From assembly GCA_013115145.1 (NCBI GenBank), contig JAAPAO010000111.1:1-64000 (forward strand): a stretch of 64,000 bases of DNA. Reading direction: 5' to 3'. A program made the position numbers and the translations under genes. Shown piece after piece: positions 24,901 through 36,961 of the stretch. Within the stretch, counting starts at the first letter, position 1. Every line of letters begins with the position of its first letter. Source of the stretch: Perkinsus chesapeaki ATCC PRA-425 (taxonomy: Eukaryota; Protista; Perkinsozoa). Under the pieces are notes generated by a model that searched no databases, had not been told where the DNA came from, and saw nothing but the letters and a program-made list of their open reading frames with translations.

Positions 24901-25075
24901 CGACCCAGCTATATAGCCTACCTTGCTAGTGGCTTCTTCGAGCGGCTCTACACTATTTGCCTGCCTCCCTGAAATCAGGATCACACTGCGAGAGTGTTCG
25001 CTGAGTCATCTGTCTCTCGAATATGCATACCATGAAGGAGCGCAAGATCGATTAGACACCGGCACATTGCCTTAC

Positions 25076-25482
25076 CGTCTATAGTGTTTTTCCTTTTTAG
25101 CTTGTCCGTTATGCCTAATACAACCTATTTGATAATGGTGAGTAGCTGTACAGTATACCTTTTATCTTTATACCACCGGCAACCAAGTCTTTCTCTGACG
25201 TTCTTCGTGCTAGGTAATGTATAAGAGCCACGTTAACATTCTCAGGGCGCGTGACAAGTGCATGGTTGAGCAAATCACCGAGGAGGTTATCTAGCCCGTG
25301 CTCGTGGATGAACCTGATCCACGCTTCAGTGTCCACACGAAGACTATGCGGCCCTACTTCGTGCAGTCCTCTTGAGCTGGAGTACATGCAGGACGCTCAC
25401 TGTGGGACGCAGTGCGCCCATTATTATCGGCAGACCCGAACTGGCCTGTCTTTGGGCCCTCCAAGTTACCCGGTGGCACCAT
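25076..25482 (-). CDS. Small multi-exon protein with an RIIa/Dpy-30-like dimerisation/docking helix pair; 3' end unresolved
   Basis: FIHEHGLDNLLGDLLNHALVTRPENVNVALIHYL matches the D/D pattern. In-frame GT-AG introns link it to MVPPGNLEGPK... and GCIRHNGQAKKEKHY. Confidence 0.5.
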
Positions 25483-26074
25483 GTTTTGGGGTCCGCCAAC
25501 TCAAAAGTCTTTTGATGACTCTGCTATCCTCCTTGGACCCTCGAATATCAATTTACCCATTGAACAACGCAGAACAATGGGGATATATATAGTACACTTC
25601 TACTTATGGAATTGGGTATTCCGATATGCACATTGCTGAGATTCATATGCAGGAGAGCGTCGTATCGAGCGTCAAATCCGCGCGATTTCTCGGGTTGCGA
25701 TGTTATTGAATCTCACAGGTCAGGCAAAAAGATGGAGGACCCTTCACCTTAGCGACAAGACGCAAGGCAACCGATGAACTAAGCTGTCCAAGTCGCCGAC
25801 ATATACTTGGGAAATGTTGTTCGTGGACAATCAAAGGCTGATGACAGCATGGTCCCGATTCATCAATCTGCGCAAGCCTGGCATTGCCTCTAGCCTTACA
25901 AGCCTTCTTATGTGGAGGAAAATGCGTCGAAGACGTTCAAAGGGTGGCGTGTTTTAGGCGAAATGCAGTATGTTAAACTTACAGCAAACAAACTACACTA
26001 GTTTACGACTTCAACTCGACCCGTAAACGCTCGTAGCTATACAACAAACACATCAAGGGGGCCAGCACGAATCA

Positions 26075-26521
26075 CTAACATACTTTCTCAGCCTTCGTCG
26101 ATGGTAGAACTCTTCCACCTTCGAGCTTCAGCAACAAGGTGTTCGATGTTCTATTATACGATACAGAACTCATGTCGTCGGGAGAGATTCGGACGGCTTC
26201 TCGGCACCCTTTCTTAGCAGCTCGCCGAAAGTTCATGTACTTCTGCATATTATCTTTGTCAGGGTTCACTAAAAATGAGTCGGGCGAGCTTGGGATAAGG
26301 GTAATGGCCAAGGATTCGTAGGATTTATCACCGCACTGTATATAATATTTGATGCGAGGCAGCTGAGTGAAGGCTCTGAACCAATAAACGGAAATGCACA
26401 AATCATTAGGTTTAGTCATCATGTAGAGAGAGTAGTAACCATCCGGGGTTTCACGGATCCTCAGACATTGACGAAGGCCTACTAGCAATGCCAGGCAACT
26501 CAGAAGATTTCCAACGGTCAT
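26075..26521 (-). CDS. Intronless secreted protein, paralog of 17066-17497
   Basis: Signal-like MTVGNLLSCLALLVGLRQC. Reads LCISVYWFR...QCGDK...KYMNFRRAAKKGC...DDMSSVSYNRTSNTL. Confidence 0.78.
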   Translation of the reverse strand: MTVGNLLSCLALLVGLRQCLRIRETPDGYYSLYMMTKPNDLCISVYWFRAFTQLPRIKYYIQCGDKSYESLAITLIPSSPDSFLVNPDKDNMQKYMNFRRAAKKGCREAVRISPDDMSSVSYNRTSNTLLLKLEGGRVLPSTKAEKVC

Positions 26522-28817
26522 TTATATAGGGTTCTATATATATATGAACGGGCTGAATGAAATTATTGTACACCTTCCAAAGATGACCGGTTACCAAAGT
26601 GATGATTATCTGATGTCTCGCTAGATCAACTGCGCGAAAAGACCTATTTCCCAGACGAGCGAAGTATTCGAAGGATATCGCGCACGCGCACTCGAGTGAA
26701 GCATGTACGGTCGTAGAGAAAAGAATCCACCAACTCTATCAATGCTCTTAAGATGATAAGACTTATATTACAAGGAATCGGCGACAACCTGGCTGGGAGA
26801 AGCAGGATCTTTAGACTATGCTCGTCAGTGACTTCTTACGCCATTCGTTACTTCCCTTGAGATATCTCTAGAATAGAATTCGCAGTTGCCTGTCTCCTTC
26901 CGGTTGGCTACTTCAAATATCACATCTCTGCTATGGTGGCTTTTGTAAGCAAGGATGTTAGAGACGCTATCGTTGCTGGTGTAAATGCCGCGCTAGCGTA
27001 CGCATTCTCAGCAAGCAATGATGCAAGCAAGCAAATGGTTAATAGAATATTGACTAGCATATGGGCTCTGCGGCAGCCATTATGTGGACCACCGGATATC
27101 ATCATGCGTCATACATTGTTTAGGAAGCCGCTGTCCACACTGTGGCCTGAAGCCAACCATCAGATAGTTTGTAAACCAATGAACCGTTATATTTACGGAA
27201 CCAGGAGGGTATCCTCTGGCGTGAGGGGTTCTCAGGAAGTAGAATCCTCTCGGGGTACCGTGGAGCTGGAACGGCAATCAGTGAGACGCGTACGGGTAAC
27301 TCCAACGAGGATTGCGACCAAACCAAAGGTCACCAAATGAAAGAGAAAGGGTCGCAATGAACACACAGTGGTTACGCGGTATGCTACATATGGGAAATGG
27401 CTTTGCCGCTTGCAACACTCGATAGCTCCTAAGTGATATTGATCCCACCGTGGGGTGGCATGAAGGCGGATGATAACTACCCGAGAAGGGATATTTCCAG
27501 GACGAGCTAGATTGCTCATGATGGCACGCGAATCGTCTTAGGTCAGAGCGAGCATCTCCGGACATGTCAACTCCGGCAAACGTTGTGTATGTAACGGAGT
27601 CAATCGTAATGGACATGAATATCTCGTACGCAGACCTGTGACATGTACGTCACGACGTGCTCCGATATGTAAGTTCTACACAATCTAAACCTGACACTGT
27701 TGATGACAACGCAAAAGACTCCAACACACGGAAACAAACAAATCGACATGAGAGGTTTATTCCTTCTTAGGGGGAGGATGAACTGCTTCAGGAAATGGCG
27801 GCCTGTAGTAAATCTTGAGGCCGGCTTCTGGTGGGGACCAGTTCCAGCAGCCAGATGACTTGCCACGCGCGGCAATATTAGACCTACGCTGCACAATGAG
27901 CATTACATAGCATGAGAATTCTACCTGATTTGTGTGCCGTTCCAGAATTCGTCGCCACGTATTTTACCTTCGAATGGCATTGTCCTGAAAGCGACCAACA
28001 ACTCTACAGATGCTTCCAATGGGAGCAATTCCCGTTTACGCGTGAATCAGAACCTTTGTCGTAAGAGCCGGGCGCTTTTATACGGTCTCACCTAATGTAT
28101 GCCGGTGCTCGCGGAACAAACGATAGCCCACTTGGGCCAGGGCATGGCCCCTTATCTCTGGCCCGCCAGAAGGTGCAATTAAGGCCGAAGAACGGCACGG
28201 TCGCTGCAGTTTCTATAAGCGTTCGTTCCCTGGGGAAAGGAACACAAGTCGAGTCGATCCCAGGCCAATGCAGCAGACTCACTCGTGTGGACGATCAGCG
28301 AATTCGGAGAAAAACTGGACGTCACAGTTGTGGTAAAGAGGCCACCGCTTTCGGTAGACCTCTTGGTACGCTCTCTTCGTACTTGGAAGCTTTGTCCTGA
28401 TAAAGGAAGGCAATCAACCACAAAAGCTCGCCACAACGGTGAGTGGGCCTGGGATGCCCCCGGTCAGGAGGAGCTTACGGAATTTGTGAAATGTTATGTG
28501 ATCGATTAGGCTGCCCGATCCTCGAATAAAGAACCGGCTTCTTATCTTCACCTCGCACAACCCATCGACGACCGTATCTGACAACAATAGAAGGATTACT
28601 CCTGGTCACGGCGGAAGCCTCCTTACCGCATATCGGTCTCCATAGGCTTTATCATCCCGCGGACGGCCTTACCATCACCCATCACATGCCGTCTACTTAA
28701 AGCCATTTAAAAAGCTATTTGCCCAGCCCTGACAGGACAGGCAAGTTACAAACAACTCGACAAGAAGCGAGGATAGGAAATACACACAACATCTTCATTT
28801 TACAAATAGTCAGTGAG

Positions 28818-30441
28818 TCAATCATTTGGGGACATCTCCGTCGTCATGGTACCGGCCAACTCTATTTTTGGTTCGGACCCCTCGGCGGCTTCTAGCTTCG
28901 TCTCTCTACTGCCCAAGACAGCGTTCATAATGGCCTAGCACCATAACTCTACCTCACCGCCGTAATTCCTACCTGTCTGGCCGACAGCGCCATTGCCGCC
29001 TCAGCAACAGCTTCTTCTACTTCCTCAGGCCGCTTAGTCTCCTTAATGCTCCATAGCTGCAAAAGGTGCGGCCCACCTCTGGAAGGAACCAAATGCCACT
29101 AGAGCTCCCCAAAGTGACTTACCGTCTTCCCAGACTTAGCAAAGACCCCTCGAACTCCGCCCACGCCCCCGCGGGGACCTGGGCCACTTGCTCCTCTTGA
29201 GGACTTCCATCGAATAGTAATATAAGATCGACAACGTCTGGACGGTATGCCTGTTGCGGTGGAAACATCCTGAGTAGAGTCGGGCCGTGCGAAAATCTGT
29301 CAGCACTTTTCCGCCTACTTGATCATGGCAAAGCTCTTACTCTTGAAGAGCCAAAGGTCGATGCCTTCTCTGATCCTCACCACTCTCCCTGTCCATTTAA
29401 CAGTATTATGCATGTATTTCTCGTTGAACGATTTTATACTGTGTAATGGGTTGCCAAGATACGCTCTAAACATAAGACGAATTGGAGATGGGACGACGCT
29501 AAAGCACATGTCCAGGCCGTACCATTTCTACACCTTTCCGAACTCTACTACGCGGATGAGGAAAATTCCGAAGATGCGCCAATAGGGTCGACAAGTCCGC
29601 CTGGTGACTCTAGAAATGAGTTTTACGGATACATGCACCGTTTTGATGGAGGGCCCAGTCCTTCTACGGTGATATGAGAATCACATCTTAAAAGATAAGC
29701 CAGTGCCATTCAAGTGGGAATCTTGTGTAGGCTGACAAACCATGGTTGTGGAGTTACTTATCCCCACAATCCTCCAAAAACTCTCTCCACGTGACGTCTA
29801 TGTCCGGGCCTCGAGGTATAGCAGCCGGTTGCATAAAACCATACGATCTGGCTGTGTAAAACAGGCCTATCACACCGACAAGCGCTAGAAGGATCACCAC
29901 GTACCTGCCAAGCAAAGAGGAGCGCTGTCTCGACGGGGGAGATGCTACTTTCTGGCGAGCACCACTGCACAGTGACCTATCCGAAAGGTGAGAACATCGT
30001 TCTTGAAATTGGTCGGGAGAGATATCTTCGAACGAGAGCCGACCTTATTGAGACAGTTGGGGCAGCGATGTACCGTATCCTTCAGCAGTGGCCAAATGAC
30101 TGACATACAGGCAGCTGCTGCGACCTGAAGCCATGTAGCTGCTCACCCGGTATCACACACACTGAAAGCCATTGGAGGACTAATGCCAGGACCATTGCCA
30201 AGAGGTAAGATACAACTGACGCCTCATGAGTGATGAACGTGGTGATGTCGGCTTTACAGAAGGGACATCGACAGTTCACCGGTCTAAATAGACATGCCCA
30301 TCAAACCAACACCAGTAGGGGATATGCGTCGACCTTCGTCATCCATACACAATCACAGTGCGGCTCAATAAAGGTATCCCTGCTACTTTCCAACTTTAAC
30401 ATCGATACACATTTTCTTCCCTCGTCGACCGATGAGCCCAT
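28818..30441 (-). CDS. LITAF-domain protein with C-terminal extension, multi-exon
   Basis: PVNCRCPFCKADITTFITHEAS-hydrophobic stretch-KDTVHRCPNCLNKVG (two CxxC halves flanking a membrane segment). Later exons include FNEKYMHNTVKWTGRVVRIREG. Stop TGA at 28818. Confidence 0.8.
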
Positions 30442-30630
30442 AGATCCCCACACTAGCCCTCCTCAGCTGCTATGCTCTACAATTCCCTTGTCGAATGAAG
30501 ACCTCTGTGGCCACTGTGGTGGTGGTGGAGCGCAAACGCTGGAATTTTAGTGGAATCTCTCAAGATCCTATCTTCATACTAGAACACACCGGGGACTATA
30601 TAAACCAGCAATGCCAGATATTAATGACTA

Positions 30631-33600
30631 TTACGTCATGTCAAAGACTGGTTGGTCGTCCCTATGGGAATCGTTTTCATCATCTAGACGTGACTCTGAT
30701 AAGTGGTGGTGGTCCCTCATCTCTTTAGGAGCCTGTCCCTCCTCAGTCAGTGTAGGGACATTGCGATATGCATGCCCATCCTTTCGCCGGTGGCCGAATG
30801 CAGCAGGTGTCATTCTGCCGTAAAAACTGATACAGTTGGTAAATACTGGTACTGTATGAGGGACATTCAGTCTCTTGGAACAGTAAACCAAGAATCTTCC
30901 CAGCGCGGGAATGCAAATGTGCTGTGTCTGAGACCGTTTCAGATATCCCTGTTTATCCCCGTCCTCCTTCCACTATACACAACAGCGAGCCAATAGATAC
31001 TCATTCGATGTACAGCAACGGCGGCAGTATAAGCAGCAGCAGGTCCTACTGAATGACCCATCAACAACAGAATTGTGTGTTCCCCTCAGCCAGGGCATCG
31101 TAATCGCGCCGATCCTCCGCTGGCAGCATGCGCCAAACCTCGCCTACATTACGCCCGAAGTGATCCTCCTCGTCATCACCGTTCAAAAGGCATCTAGCGC
31201 ACTTGCATGCCAAGCGGGATCGGAACTCCTCCGCTAGAAGTCCCTCGCCACCTGGAATGCACGGCGAGGCACCTGATACCAATGGTAAAATATTCCACTG
31301 TTACTCTACTTACATCCCTCCGAGGGTCCACGGGAACTGCTGCTGCTGCTGCCATGACCGTAGTTGGGGCGCACAAAGGTGAAGTGCTTGACGCTGTGGC
31401 CCGCTGCTGCCAATCTTAGCTTCACCAGAGCGACAGTGACGTCGATCGAGTCGGGACCGGAGTATTGGACACTCATTTCCTAAGTTGAACAGAGAAGGGG
31501 AAGCGACGGTGAAGATGAATACTATGAATCAGCCTGATAAACTGAATACTAAAACGATATGGTGAATCGTGAAATATATTCGAATGAAGAAAAGATACAA
31601 GAACTACAGCATGGCTTCTTCCCGACGGTAATGTTTCCGACACACGCACTGTTATTTCCGAGGTACCGCAAGCAGATATCCGGGGCCTCACTAATGTAGC
31701 GCCAAACGCAGTTATATCGCCTTTACTGCCACATACGACACCGAGGCACACCGGGCCCTCCTGTTAGGAGGGCACCAATGAGATCGAATAATACGGTATA
31801 GGAGTCACAGAAATGTGGTCATCGGGCGACAGCAAGTCTTACTAATGCCGATATTTCGTTCGGAAATTGCTTCTAGACCAGAAAGTGACTTGACGTGCGT
31901 TCCCCCTGGAATGCTCCTACTTCCAGACTGGCAGCACCGGAGATGCCCTTAGCCACAGCTATAAGACTCTCCTCATCCCCAACATTAATATGGATCTTAC
32001 TAATATTAACCAGCTGCCCCAATACCTAGGACAAAGCATGATATAGATGATAGGCACTAGAAAGGACCTGTTGGATGATGAATGGTGAAGCCACCGAAGG
32101 GCTACCAATGCCAGATACCTCCTCAATGGCTGGGCACCCTCTGAGCTGGTCCAGCAAACGGCTACATGAAGAGACTCCAATCCACTATAAGGGTCCTAAT
32201 GATGACCTACTCCGTCCACGGACTGATCTCCAAGCACTTGAGCCTCGGCAGCGAGCATGACCCTAAGAGCTCCGCTAGAGCATCGACACCCTCTGCTGTG
32301 GTGATATTATGCACCTTTACCTCCTCCAAGAGGGGCCCTACTCATTAAAGCAGCCTAATACCCTCATGCTGCTTGCCCATCCTACCTGTGCTAGGCTTCA
32401 CCAACGCCTTCACCAACTCCAGCGCTGCACCCTCAGGTCTGAGACCAAGCTCAATGTGAGTGAGCTTCGGCGCATCGACGACTCCTCCGAGAGGCAACAA
32501 GGAGCATCCTCGGACGACGGTTACCTGCGACAATTCTTTATAGTGCGTAAGATAGAAGATATCAGTGGTGGCCCGAAAGTGATGTAGTTGGGCAATCCAC
32601 AACATTGACCACTATAATAGACCACCGAGCAGTACCGAGGTAGCTTTCTATCAGATTCGAAATAAGTTGCATAATAACCAGCTCACCCTATTGAGCGTCA
32701 ATCGCTTCAAGTTGTCCAGCCTCATCGGCAGCCGTACTGCCCTCTGTGGGTCAAGTATAAGCCCGTCGACTTCAAGCTTCCGTACTGCCGTCATTGCCTA
32801 CCACAACGCCTGCTCCTCCCCCCTACCTCCCTCCTTACCTTCGTATTCTCCATGGCCAGCGCTATCGGGAGTGGATCCTGGCAAACATCCGCACACTTTG
32901 CGAACCGTATAGTGCCGATATCTTCCCCCAGGCCCTCCGCTATAGCGCCTATCCGAGCCATCACCTTCTTAGCCCTGCACCAACAACTCCCCGCAGAGCA
33001 CCGAGTGGCCATACCGTGAATCATGGTGACCGCTACGGATGAGAGCGGTAAAATCAATATCGAGGGTGGACAGGCGCCCTTTGATCCATCTTTCGAGTAG
33101 ATACCCAGACCCATACTTAGGCGGATTGTGCCTCAATAAGTGTTGCACTGCCCTCAGCGACGCACGCGGTAGATCTGGGCTCACGCGCAACTATCAGCAG
33201 CATTCGCAATGGCCGACCATGGGCAACCTACCCCTCCTGTAGCGTACTGGTGGCGGACTGCATTACGATGGAACTTGCTGGTTTGACCAAAGCTGGCCGC
33301 ATCCAGCGGGTCCATAAACCGCACAACTCGAATAAGGGGCCCGATAGGCAGGATGGCATCTTTGTCATCCAGTTGGCCTTCCCGATAGGATACTAAATGA
33401 CATTCCAAGCTTTCCTACCTGAAGCGAGCTCTGATAGTGGCACGCCTCCCTCCTTAGCTGCATCAATAACGAAGTGAGGGTCTAATTGCCCTTTGGCGAG
33501 AAGCACCTCCAACGAGGCTAATATGGACGATCGTACCTGGCGGAGGGTGGTAAGGCGCAGGTTCGATCCCTGGGTCAGGCATTATTACTGTTCCTATACT

Positions 33601-34495
33601 AAGGAGCTGTACAATAAGCTTGTCCAAATAGCGGCTGAGGACATCCCCAGCGAACCTACGTATACCTGATCGAGCTCTATATCATACACTCGCCGCTGGT
33701 ATCACTATCGACACCATCGATCGGGCGTGCGCTCTCTACACTAAAAGCTCTTCCCTTCCTGCTGTAGTTGGTCCGAAAGCAACCCTAGGCTAGATTATCC
33801 TCCCAACAATGTGCTCAAGGAGCGCACGCAATACAGCTAGATTAGTAGGGGCCCTATCACCACAGTAAGGAGCGATTTCAGACGATGAAATGGCCCTCCC
33901 TCCTCCTGGTACCACTTATGGCTACGCTAATAGTAGGCCTTTCATTTCAGCAACGTAACGACTGATGGCACGAGGAATGATAAAATTTCGCCAGACAGGC
34001 ACCATCACACTACTGCAACGTGAGTTATGATATCCTCAATTACGAATGTTCTATCACAGAGGTAGGGTAGATCTCATAACAACACCACTTGCAGAGAACT
34101 GAGCTCATATCAATCGATACGGGAACAGCAACCTCTGCTGACTCGCATACTAAAACCTTAGGGTTCATAATGTCTGCCGCCCTGCAGCAAAATAAGAGTT
34201 GGTAGAATAACTACCAAGTGTATATAGACCAAGCAGGAGATATCCCTCAACAGCTTGGCCCCTACAGGAAGAGGAGGAACACCTTTGTGGGAAATACACT
34301 GTAATTTCCTTGTATACAATTATTCCACTATTAACCTTGCCCCCCTCCCCCCTCCCCCCTCCCCTGCCTATTACCTTCCTTATTACCATCCCCTCCTCCT
34401 CCACCTTCATTGTCACCAGAGGATAGTCCTGATGTAGAGGCAGCCGAACCGAAACCTCCAGCGGTAGCGTTATGACAAGAGCAGCACGTTTCCAT
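30631..34495 (-). CDS. Probable multi-exon F-box-like/LRR-like protein with an HMG-box-like C-terminal segment; boundaries uncertain
   Basis: F-box-like LPIGPLIRVVRFMDPLDAASFGQTSK (~33.3 kb) and Leu-rich exons at 31.9-33.1 kb. FGRNVGEVWRMLPAEDRRDYDALAE (~31.1 kb) is reachable in frame through GT-AG introns. The candidate start METCCSCH at 34495 may belong to a separate gene. Confidence 0.45.
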
Positions 34496-34676
34496 GTCAC
34501 CACCAATATCACATAGAGCCTACCAAAAAAGTCACGCGCCACAAAATCCCTCCTAATTAAATTGACTAGAAGCCTTAGTGACTAGAAACGCACTATGAAC
34601 TGGTCCGTCACAATATTAAGTTTGTTACATATAGTAGCAGTGTGAATAGCTATAATTCTCATACCGCTCCTTCCTC

Positions 34677-36153
34677 TCATCGTGGCCTGTGCGCCGGTGA
34701 TGATGATGCTCCATGCCCTGCATTGGCGTCTCGGAGCCTATTTATGAATGATCTCTTTCCCGCGCTGTTTTGCCTCCTGCTGTGATGGCCTCCACTTGCT
34801 GCCGAGTTGCTCGATCCACTGTCTTTAACCATCGGTGTGGATTCTGTGGTCGCCACTGAATTCTCGCGCTGGTAACGAAGCTGTTCGCTGTAGCCCTGAA
34901 GAGAACATTTCGCTATCGAACGACCCGGGTTCAAACCACGCCATAGCCCAACAACAAAACTTCACGAAGTTCCAGACCATCCCTGTCCGTCGAGGAGGCC
35001 CCTCCGTACAGAGGACCATCCGTCGCAGAGACTCCCGAGCCTTAACCAGTCTTCAACTCCTCTCACCTCTGGTGAGATCATAGCACCTCACCTGCTTATA
35101 ACTCTCCTCATAGCTCGGCACCGATGGCTTCCTGTACTGCTTCTTTCCCTCAGCTCCTCGAGATCTGTTTCTCCTTGCCGGTGACCTGCGTCTGACGCTT
35201 GTCACTGTTGCTGGAGGGGATGCTGCCGTGCGATCTAACGTAGCTATCCATATCACCACCCTTCCCCCTTTATTACCACTAGTCACCCTGGCCCCCGCGG
35301 CGGCATAAATAGGCAGTCTAGGTTGAACACCAGCCACCGCCGTCTGCTGCTGCTGCTGAGGTGATGCCGTCTCGAGGCGCTCTTCCGCCCACTCCTCAGT
35401 GAGATAGCGCCACAGTGAGAGCCCTCTGGCCTCCCCTGCCATATCCACTGCCATCTCCCACCCGAGTATCCTTTCATCTGGCCCGTAGTCTCCTTCAGAA
35501 TCTGACTTCGGTGCCGCCGAGGCTACCTCTACATCGGGCGTGGCACCAGAATGATAGTTAGCAGAGCAACCGTCGATCAACCTCAACAGCTGCCAGAAGG
35601 TCAATCCAGTTGTTTCGTTCAGCTTCATCGAGTGCTTAATAGAAAGCTGCATGTCCCTTAAGGACGAATTCACTTTCACCGCTAAATTGTTAATGCACAA
35701 TCGGGACCTATTGGCCTCCTCTTCGACGCGGCCATAGGCTCTGGCCAAAGAGCAGCCAGCAGAGACGCATACCACACCGTCCACGAAGACCTGTATGGTC
35801 ACTACAATACCATTGAGGATGCTAGATTGGGCTGATATATAGTGACTTGATAGTAGTGCCAATACTGTGGTGAAGAGAGCAATAATGAGGCAGGCTAAAA
35901 GGGGCGTCCATGCCTCCACAACAACACTGTGGAAGACTCTTCCCAAGGAGGCTTCGTGGATGTATTGAAGATCGTAAATGAAGCGGCAAAAGGTGATGAG
36001 AGAGAGCAAGCTCAATAGTATGCCGGCTTGAGGTAGGCCAATGAAGCCTATTATCGCGTACAGGAGGACAAGACCGGTGCAAGAAAGCTGAAATACAACC
36101 TCCGGTGATTTGAAGGACCACTCACGGAGGACTATACTAGTGGCCCTATGCAT
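34677..36153 (-). CDS. Hypothetical multi-pass membrane protein with a low-complexity C-terminus
   Basis: A 366-aa ORF with about 4 hydrophobic helices, plus downstream exons ending ...SSPAHRPR*. Confidence 0.65.
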
Positions 36154-36961
36154 TGTCTGGCTTTGGAGCTTGCGAAGCTGTACACCTCTATAACGTAGAC
36201 ACCAAAGTAGATGGTATCTGAGATAGTGTAAAGGGAGGAGGGGGAAAGGGACTTACAATGGTCCGAGGATGAGCAAGAGAGCAGGACCAACCCATCGCTC
36301 GGTGGTACCAGGATAACAGACTAAAAGCTGGACTACAAGATATGCCAGGGTTAAGGTCGAATTCAGGATGCCAAGCAGTGTACTGTACTCCATAGCTAGG
36401 CCTTCTCTCACCAATCCGACCTGATATGAATCTTTATTGAATTCAAGGTAGAGTATCTTACAGCTATACTGTCCTTATCTATTGATGAGGTGCTCTTATC
36501 AGATACAGTGGCCTCCCCTACAGAGCCCCCTTCATGCTGCCTCATAGAGCGAAGGTGATCCCCTCCAGCTAAAGTCACGTAGCCAGACATATCTATATCC
36601 AACACTAATATCCATCCTCAAAGTTTTTAAACCCTCCTTCAACCTAAGATACTCATGAGGGGGCCATTAGCCTAGGCTGATGATGCCTTCATAGGGCGGC
36701 TTTATAGCTCATCTCTATTATCCCACATCAACTTTGACAAAGCTCAATCCCCCGACGGATGCCCTTTATTAAACAGCTGAGCCCTGTTAAGTAGGGCCCA
36801 ACCCCGAGGACCCCCATCAGTTTATATTGAGTAGATATTTCAATTTAATAATTTAATACCCACCATTAGCCCAACGACAGTGCCCTCCGTGATAGTTTCG
36901 TGGCGCGTGACTGTATTTTTTGTTTTTGCGCCGTTGTTGTTGGTTGTTGTTTTTATTATCA

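Noticed and set aside
33535-33581. tRNA gene (GGTTCGATCC T-loop, partial acceptor pairing, TGGTAA D-loop-like)
   Set aside because: Only 47 nt with no anticodon arm, and it lies antisense within the probable F-box-like gene. At most a fragment or coincidence.
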